Below are positions 10,279 to 22,199 of a DNA stretch of 64,000 nucleotides, piece after piece. A program made the position numbers and the translations under genes. The stretch is from Trypanosoma brucei (taxonomy: Eukaryota), in the NCBI GenBank assembly GCA_000002445.1, contig AE017150.2, positions 640,001 through 704,000 on the forward strand, in the 5' to 3' direction. The notes below the pieces were generated by a model. The model was not told where the DNA came from. It made no database searches and saw only the letters and a program-made list of their open reading frames with translations. How positions within the stretch are numbered: position 1 is the first letter of the stretch; each line of letters begins with the position of its first letter.

Positions 10279-13200
10279 CTAAGCTTTTCCCCCATATGGT
10301 GTAGCAAAACTCAGCGCCTTCACCTTGCCGCTTCCGTAACCAATTAAAAACGCCGGTTCACCCCATTGCTGCTGCTGCATTGCCGTTACAGACCCAAGAT
10401 TGGCTTGACAACTACCATCAACAATAATCGCATGGTGCGTCACACTAACGATGTTACCGTGTGTGACCCCATCAGGCGGCAGACGGACTGCCCGCCACAG
10501 CGAAATACTGCCATCCTCATGCCCAGTTAGCAAAAGCTGCGTGCCGTATGCCCACTCCAATGTATTGTACGGAGTCACAGCAGTTATAGCCGCGGTGCAT
10601 GATCCATCAAAACTGTGCACTGCTCCATGCAACTTTCCATTGCCCTGCATTGGTGTTTTAGTACCCTCCGTCGCAGAGAGAGAACCAACTCCGTAGCGAT
10701 CACCGTTGGAATCGAATATTAACAAATGACGTCGTGTAACCACAATAGTGTTTGAAGTCAGAGGGTCGATTACGGAAGCTACCACACGTGAGTCATCTTC
10801 ATCGACAAAAAGGTGACCAAGGGCGTGCACCACGTTAAGGCGGTGTAACATTACGACCCGTTCCTGCTGGACACACCAAACAATGGGGGCGTCATTTCCA
10901 CTAACTGTGAAGCTAACCATTCGGCCGTACTTCGTGTCAATAGTGAGTCCTGCAATGGCGTGCATGTGATGACACAGCGTTGAGCTCAATGTCAACACTC
11001 CACTGTCCATGCTAGGCCTGAGACAATATATTGTGCCAGTTGTGGAACCAACAGCCACCAAAGTCTCCCGACAACATACGCAGGTACAGCTTATATTCGC
11101 GGACGGCTCCAGTAGAGTTGAGTATCGCATTGTTGAAAGAAGATCTCCACCTTTCAGGTCAATGTATATCATAGTATCTGCACCTAAGTCGAAGCAAATT
11201 AGATAATCTTCGTCATCCACAGGTATGAGGTACCTATAGCAACAAGCTATTTCTCCGCTACGCGTGGTGGCGAAACCAACGACAGGCTCCCGCTGAGTGT
11301 TGCAGAATGCCACAGCAGCGACTGGGAGTGTCATTAGGCTTCCAGGAGTGAGGTCCTTCAGGGTGAACCTTGACTGGCGCCCAGCAGCAACAAACTCCAT
11401 CATCAAGTGTACTTTCGGGCTAGGGTCTCGAGCACCATGCAACTTTGAAGTTACTGTTCGCGAGGCAAAACTGCTGGTGGATGCAATAGAGTTGTTGCAA
11501 GCAAAAGAGGAGTTACTACCAGCAGTGTTCGTGCTGTTTTTGTAGCGATGGTCACCCTTCTTTGCTGTGCTGGAGGTACTCACGACTGTGAAAATGCCAC
11601 TACTCAAGCTCGCAGTGGGATTACTTTCACTTGACCCGCTGACGAGCAGGCGCAAGTCGCTTTGTGGGGGATGGTGCTCCTGGAACAACTGCATGGGCGT
11701 TTGTCCGAAGTTGTCAACCTCCGCAACAATTACGTCGATGTCACGTGAGTTTTGGCTTTCTTTCAGCGCCTTCACAACCTCTTCACCGTACGTCATGCGC
11801 TGAAAGACGTTATGGCAGTCCACCGCCAGCTTTCCTCGCCGACAAACACCGAAAACAAGATCGATCCAATGGTGGATTGAGTGCGCAACGCGGTCGCTCT
11901 CCAGTATGTACCGCATCACCGCAGTGAAAACTTGTGCAGAGTCCTTTGCCCACGGCGGAAGCTTCACATCATCCACGGCAGTCCCGTCGGACTTTGTACC
12001 AAAGTTACAACGATTCATATTCACGAGGAACGAGCCGTCCAAAAAGAACTCAGGAGTTAGCTCCTTACAATCCGCCGGCCCATTAACACACGATTGGAAT
12101 GAACCATCGATCGTGTCAAATAGTCGAGAAGCAACATCGAAATCCCCTCCTTGAAAGATACGAGCAAATGTTGTAAAGGGCTCCATGCGAATGAGATAAT
12201 AAAGTACCCCACCGCTGGTGGAGTAATGCGTACCGTGGTGAAAGGGCTGCGTTAGTTCCATTGCGGCAACACCGCCATCGCCAAGTTGTTGTGCTACCTC
12301 CATCATTTGTTGGTATAAATCCTCTACACTTCTGCGCCGCTCCTTTGTTTGTGCCCCCATTGGTCGGGACAAGTCACGATACGTCGAATCCGAGCTGAGA
12401 TCAAGTGTAGAAGATCTGTAGTCCGCAATAACCCAAGGGAAAATGGGGTATTGGTTGTAGTCGAGAATTGTACGGCCTGCGGCGCGGTTGAGGAAAAATA
12501 GGTACTCGAACGTAGAAACAGACCTCCCACCCCAACCTGCCAGCATGTTGCGCATATTTGAGATGCGTTTGCCATGGTCGTGAATGGTACACCGTTGTGT
12601 GCCGATGACTTCCTGTAGCACCTCAAGAAACTCGTCGCGGGCACGAGTGTTCATCGACTGTCGTGGATCCACGAGCGAAAGCATGAGCCCGTCACTGTAC
12701 ATAACGTCGAGAAAAATGGCAGTGTCCTGGTGCATGTAGAGTCCTACTCGTATGCTTCGAATGTTTCTAACTAGGTAACACCAGTAGAGACTTTTGCACG
12801 GATGTCCTGTTGCTTGCCTAACGGATTGAGCCACTTTCGTGCCATCTTCGTGCTCTTCGTGTTCTCGCCGCCGCCGTCCCTTAGTTCCCCCATCTGTGAG
12901 GAACCGTTGCAGTTTGTTCGTCATAGATACTGCAAAACCTCGTGTGGTATTGTGAGACCGCTGCTTTTGACCCTTCTGCACACCTCCTTCGCCCCCACGT
13001 GAGGAGGCGTTCACTTCATCAGTTTCCTCATCGCAGTCTCCGCCAAGGTTATTGCTGCCGTTGCCCTCATAGTCGTACAGGAACACATCGCCCTTTTCAG
13101 TAATGCGCGAGAAGGAAAAAACCTTCACTGCCACATTTGTCACTAGAATGAGACACGGCGCCACATGTATGCCGTTGACACGGAACCCATTACTGATGTA

Positions 13201-16200
13201 ACGCAACACCTCATTCGGTTCTAGGAGATGCTGCAGAAGAACCGCAGCGGAGGACGTTACCTTGCATCGTGGATCAATGAAAGGAACTGAACCGCAATCC
13301 ACATACGGGCGACACCGAACCGCGACAGGTGGGATAAGGGCAGAAATGTGGCAGACCTGCGGCTCGCAGCTGCTGGTGTTGAGTATAGTGATGTGATCCT
13401 CGGCAGAGACACCCTTCATATCATCTGATTCAGCATTCGCAAAAAATGTACTCGCAGTCAATATTGTGGACCGCTTGTGCCTAGAATCGATACGAAAAGC
13501 TTCACTCAAATGAGAGTCACCACGACTAAGTGAACTACGCGGCACTGCTAGCCAGTGTAGCTGTGCGGGTTGTAAGCGTGCAATGGAACCGACTCGTGAA
13601 GAGAACCGCCCATTATATGCCTGCACCAATACTGCGACACTATACCCATTCGACAATTTCGCGGTAGAATTGTAGCTCTCGTTGAACAAGCGCATCTGGT
13701 TAACATAAAATGACCGTTTCTTCAAAAAATGATTCACTGCTAACTCCACTTTCATTTTAAGCCGCCCCGACATAACCGCCTTCAGTTTGGAGGTATTACT
13801 ACTAATGTAAACGTCGAACGCCACGATAGCATTCGTCTCATCTTGCGAAAGTAATGCAGACACAAAGCCTTCGTAGATCGAGACTCGTGAAGCAAGTGAG
13901 TTCACGGTGACAGCTTTCTTTAGGTCCTTGCTTCCTTGGTAAACGAGTGCGATGCGCCGAAGGCACAATGTGATGACCTCTTTGCGCTTTCTGCTGTCCG
14001 GATTCATTGTGTCCTTGGATGATGGATCGTCGTAAACGCGCATCAAACTTCCGATCAAGCACGCCATCAACGGTTTCATAGGCCACGGTGAGTCTAGTAC
14101 ATGGGTAAGCATAGTGTGTATCAGCCCCATCTCCTCTAGACTCATTTCACTTACCGGCTTTCGATTAATGGCCGCGACACAAATCTTAACTATCTGCAGG
14201 CGAATTTCCAGCAAGTCTGAAAGATTCCAAGACACCCTCGCATACAGCAGGAGACGCACAAAGTATGGGGCAATGGTTGAGAGCTCAACTACATGAAAGG
14301 AGAGAAGATCCACCAGAAGATCATTGAAGGCACAGACATTGAAAGCGAATATATTCGAAATGATGCCCGCGTACGCTATGCCTCCATTCATTTCATTTTC
14401 CATGGGAACGCTGGCCGCGCACTCGTCGACCCTCTGTCCATTGTCAGCAAGCGACTCAGTTGATCTTGACAATGGTAACGATGACTTCATCCGCCCACCC
14501 GTTTCGGGGGGCAGCTGTAGTGCAGATTGCGTCTTGGGGCTTTTGCGTGTGGCGACCAGCTCCAGCACCTGATGCATGAAAAAATTGATGAGCACTGATG
14601 CCCCTTCTTCCTCGTTTGCCATGGTACCGGTGATTAGTATCAGCTGGAAAAGTAGATAACCGCAAGCACCATAGGAATAAGGATTAGCCGGCGCTGTCCT
14701 CGCGGGCATCGCTTGCAGCGACGATGCAACGATGTTGCTCAAAATGTCCACGGCAGGTTCCAGCAGAGAAGCAAGGGAATGCGATTGAAGGACATCCGGC
14801 CTCACAACAGATCCTATCGTCTCCGCCAATAGCAAATCCTCATTCCCTTCTTCCTCTTCTAGTTCACACCCATCCCTCTCCTCGAAACCAGTAAAACCCC
14901 TTGCAAACGGAGAAAAGCGTGTTTTTCTGATATCCAGCGACCGCACACTCTCAAAAGGATCGCTAATAAGCGTAGGCGGAGCGGCGTCACTTCTTTCGAG
15001 TGTTGATACTACGGTTCCGGACTGAGGCACATCATCGTGAGTATGAGTAGACTCAGATAACTCAGGAAGGTTTGTCAAAGGCAACGAAGGTGACATGTGG
15101 CACGGTAGAGCCACGTTCTCGACCTCACCGATACCGCTGAGCACATTCTCCTGGGGTGTTGGGGGCACTTTCCTTATTCCGCTTTCCATGGAAGAAGATG
15201 ACCTGCAGCACTTGCCATTCTGCGTTTGGCAATCGTCTCCCTCGACAGATTCCTCGTATGCATCATCTTCATAAGCGTTGTCCTCGCTATCAGCGTACAG
15301 TGGTGTTTTCAAATCAAGAATGCCAAAAATACTGTCTGCAGCAGAACCCTTCTTTCCATCGGTATCCACTTCCTGTTTTTGTAATGCCGAAGTTTCCACG
15401 GCCCCCCTTAACCTCATTATTTCCCGGCAGCCGAAGTCGTGCATGGCGGATGCGAGCTCCCCACTTTTTGCCATTACATCCTCCTTCCGCAGAAACGATC
15501 CGAAAAAAGCAAGCGTCGCCACCTGAAACGGAGATCGCGTCATGAGAGCAAAAGCATTTGGTTGCATAGATATCTGCAACAATGTTTTCAGTATAAATAG
15601 TGTTCCACACATTTCCTCCTTTTGGGCTCTTCCTCTTGCTCCTCCTCCGTCGATCAGAAGGAAAGGGATGTCATTTCTGAGCAGTCGTGCGTACCGTGAA
15701 CGCTGCACGCGGCGCCAAATGTAAGTGGCGATGCCAACAACAATGAACGATGGTCGATGCCACAAACTCCTTGTCACTACCGGCAAAGAGGAATCCTTTG
15801 CCTGCGCCCAATGCTCGCTTGCACCTCCCGCAGCTTCTGGAAGATGTGTGTTACTCGAATCCCTTGAAAGCGTGGGGTTCCACCAGAGCGACGAGCAAGC
15901 GTCAGGGACAGCACCTGTTGGGCGATGCGATAGTCGTTTCACATAAATGCCTAACATCAACCGCGAGCACACCACGGCAAGGTGAAGGTACTTAAACAGT
16001 CGAAAGGAGCGAAGGAGGCGACGGCCCCCCACCTGTGATATAGGCCCCGGACGAAAGAGAAGGGGTCGTGTCAACGACGCACTCAAATGAAGCATTAGCA
16101 ACCTGAAGAAAATTGGAGTTATGGCCGTGTCAGAATCGTGTAATGACGAACCCAGGGCGCTATCCAGCTGCAAATGCAGGGACTTGCTTGAGTGGAGTAA

Positions 16201-19200
16201 GTCCAAGAATCCATCGGCTCCCACGCTATGACCAAGAAGTAAAAGTAAAAGGTCCTCGCTGAAACTGTGTGGCTCCAGGGCGGTGGCTACGGTGGCTGGG
16301 TGTTGCATTACTTCCGCACGGAGCTCCTCGTTGAGCCGCAGCGCCCCAAGGAAGAGGTGTGTAGCGTACACAACGCAGGTAGTTTCTGCAAAGCGCGATA
16401 CACATACGACGAACCAGTTGAGGTCCACGAGACGCGAAAAGACGGAAAGGAATGCGTCACTCACGCGACTACACTCGATGAGGCACCTCAGAATTGCTAA
16501 AGAGACGTTGTAGGCTGTTTTATGTGACGCTTGAATTTGTGTAAAACGAGCTCGCGGAAGTTTCAACCGCTGCTTTTGTTTGCTCTGCGCATCCACCTCT
16601 GCAGGTGTAAGGACGGCTGCTGCTGTCATGAATGAACTCACCAGGTTGGTTTCAAAGCCACACGCGATGATGATGTGCTTTAAATTAGAAATCACACGAT
16701 TCAGGACGGTGAAGGGGAGCGACAGCCGGCTGTAAGACAAACTGTTGAGTATACCATCCACAAAGCGAAATGGGCGTATGTACTGCACGTTGTGATCAGC
16801 AAAACGGCAAGAGAAGACGTCAAACATTTTCCCCACGCGCTCTGTTACGTGCGTAGCGCTTTCGAGTGGCATCGCAGCGAGCAGCTCCATGTCTCCCAGT
16901 AAATGGTCAAAGACAAGACGATTTATAATAAAGGGATGAAATTCGTTGCCTGCCCGCACTTCCGCGGTAGCAAGATGCACCAGACTATCACAGACTGCTG
17001 GTGTGATTAGATGAGCTGAGCGACGAAGATAATAATGCAACATCGCGTAAGTGCGGAAGTCAGTTGCACTAGCATTTGCCGTGCAGCGCAAGGTTGTGCA
17101 CAGGAGTGATGTATTTCGTTCAAGCTCAGCCGAGTCCTTTGATTTCCCTATCCAACGCAGTAAGTGCATAAGTCCACCTCGGTTACTGAAGAAACTCTTG
17201 TAATCGATCCAACAACGCGGTGGCTGAACGCATCCTCCAATTGCTTTAGCAGTGATCATAGAACAACCCTCCGCGCTACGGAACAATGTGTTCAAGAGCA
17301 CTTGGCCGTCATCTACTTCGCATGGGCTGAAGTGCGCAACGCAATCCCCAACAGGGGAGACACTTCGTGACCCTGAAATCTCCCTTGGCACTTCACAGGG
17401 AAGGAGTTTACACACGCCTGCTTCATGACTCCTGCCAGCCAAGTGAGCTTCTACTTGGGGGGTTATAAGTTCTTCCTCCCACAAACTTATGTTTCCAATA
17501 GAATAGAGGGCGTTTGGCACTACCGTGTTGACGAGGCCAATGTGAATCAAAGCCTGCGACCCTGAGTGGAAGTAAGGCAGCGAACACGTACCGATCTTCA
17601 TAGCGTTGAAGTACACACTGACAGTGTGAGCAACACTCATCACGATATGAAAATGTACCCACTCTCTGGGGGCAAGTCCCTTCAGCATTCCGGGTTCGCT
17701 CAACTGCACCGTTTTACCAGCGTACTCAATATGCACGCTCTCGCCCCCCAATAGAAATACGCATGTTGGTGAGCGCAGCGTCCCGTCAATTCCCACGAAT
17801 TGAAAAATATTTACCCGAGGGTATATTTCTTCGAAGCGAAAACATGAAGCCATGGAGAACCCCTTCTTTGGCCACTCCCCAACAGTAATGACCACACCAC
17901 CAGACCAACTGAACCGCATTTCACTACGCTCCGAAGCATTTGACAAAATAGGCGTCCAAAACGCCTTCAAATCTTCCGCATCACCGGAAGAAACTAGTGG
18001 CAACCGCTGCTCCGCTGAGGTGGCATCAAGCTCAAGGTATGGCACTAGTGACGCGTGCCCCATCTCTATTGCCCAGTCCAACAAAGCATCGCAGCGCACA
18101 ACTGCGGTGGCGCGTAACACGTCCCGCACAGCGCGGAGTACATCATTTTCCAACTCCGAGGCATGCACATGCATATGGCGTAGCAGAGGTGGGAGCAACT
18201 CCATGAACACGGGTTTCCTTAGGCAGCAGTTCGGGTGGGGTAGTGACAACTGGCCGTAAGTATTCAACTTAGATGAGGCATTTCCAGCACTGTCATAGGT
18301 CGACATTGCCGCATCGAGAACTGCCTGCACGATGAATACGATGTGCTCCACGCTCTTAATGGAAGCAAGACTGCTGGAGAATACTTGTGCCAGGTTTGTA
18401 TTTGAAAGGTGAGCGCCGAGACCGTAGACGGGCTCAGCTACTGAGAGGAAGCAGAACAGTTGGCGAATGAGTTGCTTGAACTGTTTCAATTGATTGGATA
18501 TCTTCAGCACGCGCTCCATCACTACTATCACGGCATCTACACAATTGAATTTAAATAGCCACACCTGCCGTTCGTATTTGGCAGCAGCGGCAAGCCCGTC
18601 TGAGGTCAGCTGACTGGAAAGGAATGAAAGTAGGTCCAACAGTAGGGCGGGTGACGCCCCGCGAATAAGCTCCTCGAGAACTACATAAACCTCACTATGT
18701 GAAAGGCTACAAGAGAGGGATGCGGATCCTAATCTGGTCAACAGCTCACCCTTGGCTGACACAAGGTTGAGCAACATTTCCAATTCCCTCGCAGAAAGGA
18801 AGCGTGGATTCCTCTGTAGGAGAAGCGCCAACACGCCACGTAAGTGGACAACAATATCATCGCTCTCTTCCAGTTGCTGGTTCCCAGAAAGGCTGACCAG
18901 TTCACCTTTTCCGGAGCTGCTCGCACTCACACCACCATCATCCGCACCACTTCGATGTTCCCGCACTAATATCTGCTGAATAATTGATGTCTCACCGTCG
19001 TCCAAGATGTTTCGCAGAAGTTCCGGAAGAACCTCCTGCGAGCGTTTGATATTTGCTTCGTCGACGTTGAGTGCCAGAACGGTGTACCACAGAGCGGTAG
19101 CTTGGGACATTAAGCGCCGTGACAACTCCCTTTCCTCGTTGGATTCCATGGTGTCAAGATGTTTTAATAATAAGGGCGGGAGTTCTATGATGTCCGCGAC

Positions 19201-21012
19201 GTCACAAGGACGCGGTTGCACGCGAAGTTTACCGTACAAGTGCAACAGTGCCGCGGTGACACGGTGTAACAATGTTAAGAGCACCAGTCTCTCTTCAGCC
19301 TCCATCGGTGTAGAAGTGGACTGCGACCGTCGTACGCATTTGAGTGACAATGAGAGAATGCACTGAACTACACAATGACCTTCCACCGCAACAAAGGCAT
19401 CCTTGCTTCTCATTGTTATTTGTATTAGAGACTCCACAATATGCTCCGTCAATGAAGTCGACATGATGGCAGTCTCGAGTGCGTCCTTGAGTACTTGTGT
19501 GATGCTGCTAGTTATGGTGATGAATGGTTTATTATTGTACCACCACGTGCTGTCCAACTCTGATCCTAGTTGTGAATTTTGCAAAGATTCTTCAGCACCA
19601 CTGTTCCCCAAGAGACCCCCGAGTGACTCATCGCATGCGCCGCCATAAGATTTCGCCCAAAAAACGGATGGAGTACATTGAAGCGTGACAACCCTAAACA
19701 ATGTCGGATCTGCGCTTAGTAACTCAGCGCAGTTCTCTAAGAGCTGCTTCAGACTTCCAGCCATATCATGCTTCAGTTGGTGCCGCAAAAATGCATCACG
19801 GCGAGCGCCAAGGGGTGTGGACGAGCTGCAACCTTTAGTAGAATGCAGCAACTTACACAGCCCCCTCCAAGCAGAAATTACATTCTCGTACATAGCGATC
19901 CGCACTTCCGGAGGTGCATTCACCGGCAAACCGTCTTTCCTTTCTGGCATGAGGGAGCGAGCGCTCAGTTCAATAATGAGACAGAGCGCTGTGATAACTG
20001 TGGGACTCTCGTATCCGGCTGCCATTTCCACAACGATAAGCGCAACCTCCAGTGCCTTTCTGTTGAGTTCGTCGTACACATTGCCACGACCCCTGGTGAG
20101 CAAATCAACCAACTCACCTTTCCCCAACCTCTCCAGTGACTCAGTATTTTGAAAAATCACAGGGAGTGCAAGAGATGGATCAGTTGGGGCTATTGAAACA
20201 GATGAAGTCAACATACCATTATCGTCCTGCAATGGCTTGTCATCGTACACATGTGGACGGATGAGCGAGTTGTGAGCAATACGAATACGGAGCCCATGAA
20301 TCAAGTTGACAACAAGCGGCTTCGGCTCCGTATGCATGAGGGCACGAGCGCAATCAGCGCTAGTCATGGAGCATTCCTCCAATATACCTAAAATCTCACG
20401 CACGGTACAAACTAAAGATGAAGCAAGACCCGTCTGTTTCGCGTATGCGCGCTGCGCGGCACTGCAGAAATCCTGAAACACAGCTGTCATCCACCGGAAG
20501 TGTTGTTGATTAATCAATATGTCGTGCATGTGAATGCAAAGGTCATTTCCCGCATCGCTGTCGCCGTTCATTAATTTGGTACATCTGCTGGGCGTGCAAA
20601 ACGCCCCGATGAAAGATAACACATGATCATTTCCAAGTGATGTTACTCTCTCGAGCAATGTCGCAGAGGAGCTACTGTTCCCGTCATTAGTTAACCTTTG
20701 AGACGCGTAATTCAGTAGTCCCTCGCACAATCGATACAGTAAGCAGCATGCATCGCCAGAAACCTGTGAGAGGAGTTGCAACTTATTCTCCCGCATGATT
20801 CGCCATAATAGAGTTGCTGCTTCCTTCCAACCATTTCGTTCTTCCATTGAAATACCCGCAGCTGATGAGACTGTGCCTGACGAGGAGGTTTTATCATGCG
20901 AAGATTTCATCTCCTGCTCACGCCGACGACTATCTGCAACCTCTAACACACTAGCGGCGCTTTTGAAGAACTTCTGCGCTGTGGAGAGATCAACATCGCA
21001 ACCATTATCCAT
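10279..21012 (-). CDS. BEACH domain-containing protein with C-terminal WD40 repeats (LYST/neurobeachin-like), 3577 aa
   Basis: Uninterrupted 10.7 kb ORF. BEACH core motif ILDYNQYPIFPWVIADYRSSTLDLS. WD40-like repeats at the C-terminus (e.g. LLTGHEDGSISLWR). All other-frame ORFs inside it are short. Confidence 0.8.
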   Translation of the reverse strand: MDNGCDVDLSTAQKFFKSAASVLEVADSRRREQEMKSSHDKTSSSGTVSSAAGISMEERNGWKEAATLLWRIMRENKLQLLSQVSGDACCLLYRLCEGLLNYASQRLTNDGNSSSSATLLERVTSLGNDHVLSFIGAFCTPSRCTKLMNGDSDAGNDLCIHMHDILINQQHFRWMTAVFQDFCSAAQRAYAKQTGLASSLVCTVREILGILEECSMTSADCARALMHTEPKPLVVNLIHGLRIRIAHNSLIRPHVYDDKPLQDDNGMLTSSVSIAPTDPSLALPVIFQNTESLERLGKGELVDLLTRGRGNVYDELNRKALEVALIVVEMAAGYESPTVITALCLIIELSARSLMPERKDGLPVNAPPEVRIAMYENVISAWRGLCKLLHSTKGCSSSTPLGARRDAFLRHQLKHDMAGSLKQLLENCAELLSADPTLFRVVTLQCTPSVFWAKSYGGACDESLGGLLGNSGAEESLQNSQLGSELDSTWWYNNKPFITITSSITQVLKDALETAIMSTSLTEHIVESLIQITMRSKDAFVAVEGHCVVQCILSLSLKCVRRSQSTSTPMEAEERLVLLTLLHRVTAALLHLYGKLRVQPRPCDVADIIELPPLLLKHLDTMESNEERELSRRLMSQATALWYTVLALNVDEANIKRSQEVLPELLRNILDDGETSIIQQILVREHRSGADDGGVSASSSGKGELVSLSGNQQLEESDDIVVHLRGVLALLLQRNPRFLSARELEMLLNLVSAKGELLTRLGSASLSCSLSHSEVYVVLEELIRGASPALLLDLLSFLSSQLTSDGLAAAAKYERQVWLFKFNCVDAVIVVMERVLKISNQLKQFKQLIRQLFCFLSVAEPVYGLGAHLSNTNLAQVFSSSLASIKSVEHIVFIVQAVLDAAMSTYDSAGNASSKLNTYGQLSLPHPNCCLRKPVFMELLPPLLRHMHVHASELENDVLRAVRDVLRATAVVRCDALLDWAIEMGHASLVPYLELDATSAEQRLPLVSSGDAEDLKAFWTPILSNASERSEMRFSWSGGVVITVGEWPKKGFSMASCFRFEEIYPRVNIFQFVGIDGTLRSPTCVFLLGGESVHIEYAGKTVQLSEPGMLKGLAPREWVHFHIVMSVAHTVSVYFNAMKIGTCSLPYFHSGSQALIHIGLVNTVVPNALYSIGNISLWEEELITPQVEAHLAGRSHEAGVCKLLPCEVPREISGSRSVSPVGDCVAHFSPCEVDDGQVLLNTLFRSAEGCSMITAKAIGGCVQPPRCWIDYKSFFSNRGGLMHLLRWIGKSKDSAELERNTSLLCTTLRCTANASATDFRTYAMLHYYLRRSAHLITPAVCDSLVHLATAEVRAGNEFHPFIINRLVFDHLLGDMELLAAMPLESATHVTERVGKMFDVFSCRFADHNVQYIRPFRFVDGILNSLSYSRLSLPFTVLNRVISNLKHIIIACGFETNLVSSFMTAAAVLTPAEVDAQSKQKQRLKLPRARFTQIQASHKTAYNVSLAILRCLIECSRVSDAFLSVFSRLVDLNWFVVCVSRFAETTCVVYATHLFLGALRLNEELRAEVMQHPATVATALEPHSFSEDLLLLLLGHSVGADGFLDLLHSSKSLHLQLDSALGSSLHDSDTAITPIFFRLLMLHLSASLTRPLLFRPGPISQVGGRRLLRSFRLFKYLHLAVVCSRLMLGIYVKRLSHRPTGAVPDACSSLWWNPTLSRDSSNTHLPEAAGGASEHWAQAKDSSLPVVTRSLWHRPSFIVVGIATYIWRRVQRSRYARLLRNDIPFLLIDGGGARGRAQKEEMCGTLFILKTLLQISMQPNAFALMTRSPFQVATLAFFGSFLRKEDVMAKSGELASAMHDFGCREIMRLRGAVETSALQKQEVDTDGKKGSAADSIFGILDLKTPLYADSEDNAYEDDAYEESVEGDDCQTQNGKCCRSSSSMESGIRKVPPTPQENVLSGIGEVENVALPCHMSPSLPLTNLPELSESTHTHDDVPQSGTVVSTLERSDAAPPTLISDPFESVRSLDIRKTRFSPFARGFTGFEERDGCELEEEEGNEDLLLAETIGSVVRPDVLQSHSLASLLEPAVDILSNIVASSLQAMPARTAPANPYSYGACGYLLFQLILITGTMANEEEGASVLINFFMHQVLELVATRKSPKTQSALQLPPETGGRMKSSLPLSRSTESLADNGQRVDECAASVPMENEMNGGIAYAGIISNIFAFNVCAFNDLLVDLLSFHVVELSTIAPYFVRLLLYARVSWNLSDLLEIRLQIVKICVAAINRKPVSEMSLEEMGLIHTMLTHVLDSPWPMKPLMACLIGSLMRVYDDPSSKDTMNPDSRKRKEVITLCLRRIALVYQGSKDLKKAVTVNSLASRVSIYEGFVSALLSQDETNAIVAFDVYISSNTSKLKAVMSGRLKMKVELAVNHFLKKRSFYVNQMRLFNESYNSTAKLSNGYSVAVLVQAYNGRFSSRVGSIARLQPAQLHWLAVPRSSLSRGDSHLSEAFRIDSRHKRSTILTASTFFANAESDDMKGVSAEDHITILNTSSCEPQVCHISALIPPVAVRCRPYVDCGSVPFIDPRCKVTSSAAVLLQHLLEPNEVLRYISNGFRVNGIHVAPCLILVTNVAVKVFSFSRITEKGDVFLYDYEGNGSNNLGGDCDEETDEVNASSRGGEGGVQKGQKQRSHNTTRGFAVSMTNKLQRFLTDGGTKGRRRREHEEHEDGTKVAQSVRQATGHPCKSLYWCYLVRNIRSIRVGLYMHQDTAIFLDVMYSDGLMLSLVDPRQSMNTRARDEFLEVLQEVIGTQRCTIHDHGKRISNMRNMLAGWGGRSVSTFEYLFFLNRAAGRTILDYNQYPIFPWVIADYRSSTLDLSSDSTYRDLSRPMGAQTKERRRSVEDLYQQMMEVAQQLGDGGVAAMELTQPFHHGTHYSTSGGVLYYLIRMEPFTTFARIFQGGDFDVASRLFDTIDGSFQSCVNGPADCKELTPEFFLDGSFLVNMNRCNFGTKSDGTAVDDVKLPPWAKDSAQVFTAVMRYILESDRVAHSIHHWIDLVFGVCRRGKLAVDCHNVFQRMTYGEEVVKALKESQNSRDIDVIVAEVDNFGQTPMQLFQEHHPPQSDLRLLVSGSSESNPTASLSSGIFTVVSTSSTAKKGDHRYKNSTNTAGSNSSFACNNSIASTSSFASRTVTSKLHGARDPSPKVHLMMEFVAAGRQSRFTLKDLTPGSLMTLPVAAVAFCNTQREPVVGFATTRSGEIACCYRYLIPVDDEDYLICFDLGADTMIYIDLKGGDLLSTMRYSTLLEPSANISCTCVCCRETLVAVGSTTGTIYCLRPSMDSGVLTLSSTLCHHMHAIAGLTIDTKYGRMVSFTVSGNDAPIVWCVQQERVVMLHRLNVVHALGHLFVDEDDSRVVASVIDPLTSNTIVVTRRHLLIFDSNGDRYGVGSLSATEGTKTPMQGNGKLHGAVHSFDGSCTAAITAVTPYNTLEWAYGTQLLLTGHEDGSISLWRAVRLPPDGVTHGNIVSVTHHAIIVDGSCQANLGSVTAMQQQQWGEPAFLIGYGSGKVKALSFATPYGGKA

Positions 21013-22199
21013 TCCTCCGAAAACTTCTCTTTCTTATTTTCACTTTTATTTGCTTTCTCACCAGAATGAAAATATTATTCGACTTTCGTGTTATGTCGTT
21101 GTTCTATTTCTTTGCTTCCCGTCCAAATTCACTGTTTAGACGTACCAACGACTACTATACTAATTAATGTATTACTCCAACCTTCCTTCACTCGGCCCCA
21201 AACCTATATATATATATATATATATATAATTTTTTTTTTTGAGGTGTGACGGATATTTTTATTATCCTCTCCTCGCCTTTTCCCGTCTTGGATTTGGAGC
21301 CCTGCCAATATTTCGCCGCTACAACAACAACAACGTCACGAGTTCTCTTCTTTTTTTTTTTGTTGTCTCCTCACCCTTTCCTTCCCCGTTTTTTCAACTA
21401 TATTTTACAAATACAAATATGTATTTGTTGCTTTCGTTTTTGAGAGTCGTGCTTAATATATATATATATATATCTTCAAGCACAAGGAGCAACGCCGTGC
21501 AAATCACTGCAGGTTCACTACGACTTTGCGGCAATACGTGTGGAATGAATTCCCTTTTCTTTTTCTCTGCCGCATCTTTTGTGGTAAATGAAGTACAATT
21601 TATTATCGTATCGTATCAGCATTACGCACATGTGCGTGTATGTGTATATGTATGTGTAATACAACAGAAAACAAAGAAGCGGAAAGAAGAGTAATATTTT
21701 TTAAAAAGGGAAAGTGGTAAAAAAGCATCGAGGAAAATGTGAGAGAACAACTTTTTATTTTTTTATCTTTGAAATGAGGGGGGGGGGAAGTTGAGAAGAA
21801 GACAAATAACACGATTGAACATGACAGTTAATGAAGCGGCAGTGACGCCTGCAGCACAGAATTAAATGGAAAATGAAATGAAATAATAAAAAAAAATTGC
21901 ATGAACACCTCCCCTCACCTCCTCTTCCTTCTACTCCCTTCTTTTTATATTATTATTATTATTTATCCCTCCCTTCTTGCAGAGACTGTAAACAATACTG
22001 GATGAATTTCATTTTATTTTTTTTTAAATTTTCCTTTCCCTTTTCTTTTTTTCCTCCTTTTGAATTTTAATTCTCTTCATTGAAAACTTGTACAAACCCG
22101 TATAAATAAATACACACAAACACACAGTTGTAAATAACTAAATATAATTAATATATTTATATATTTGCATATTGGGAATTATAAACTTACTCGCATTGA

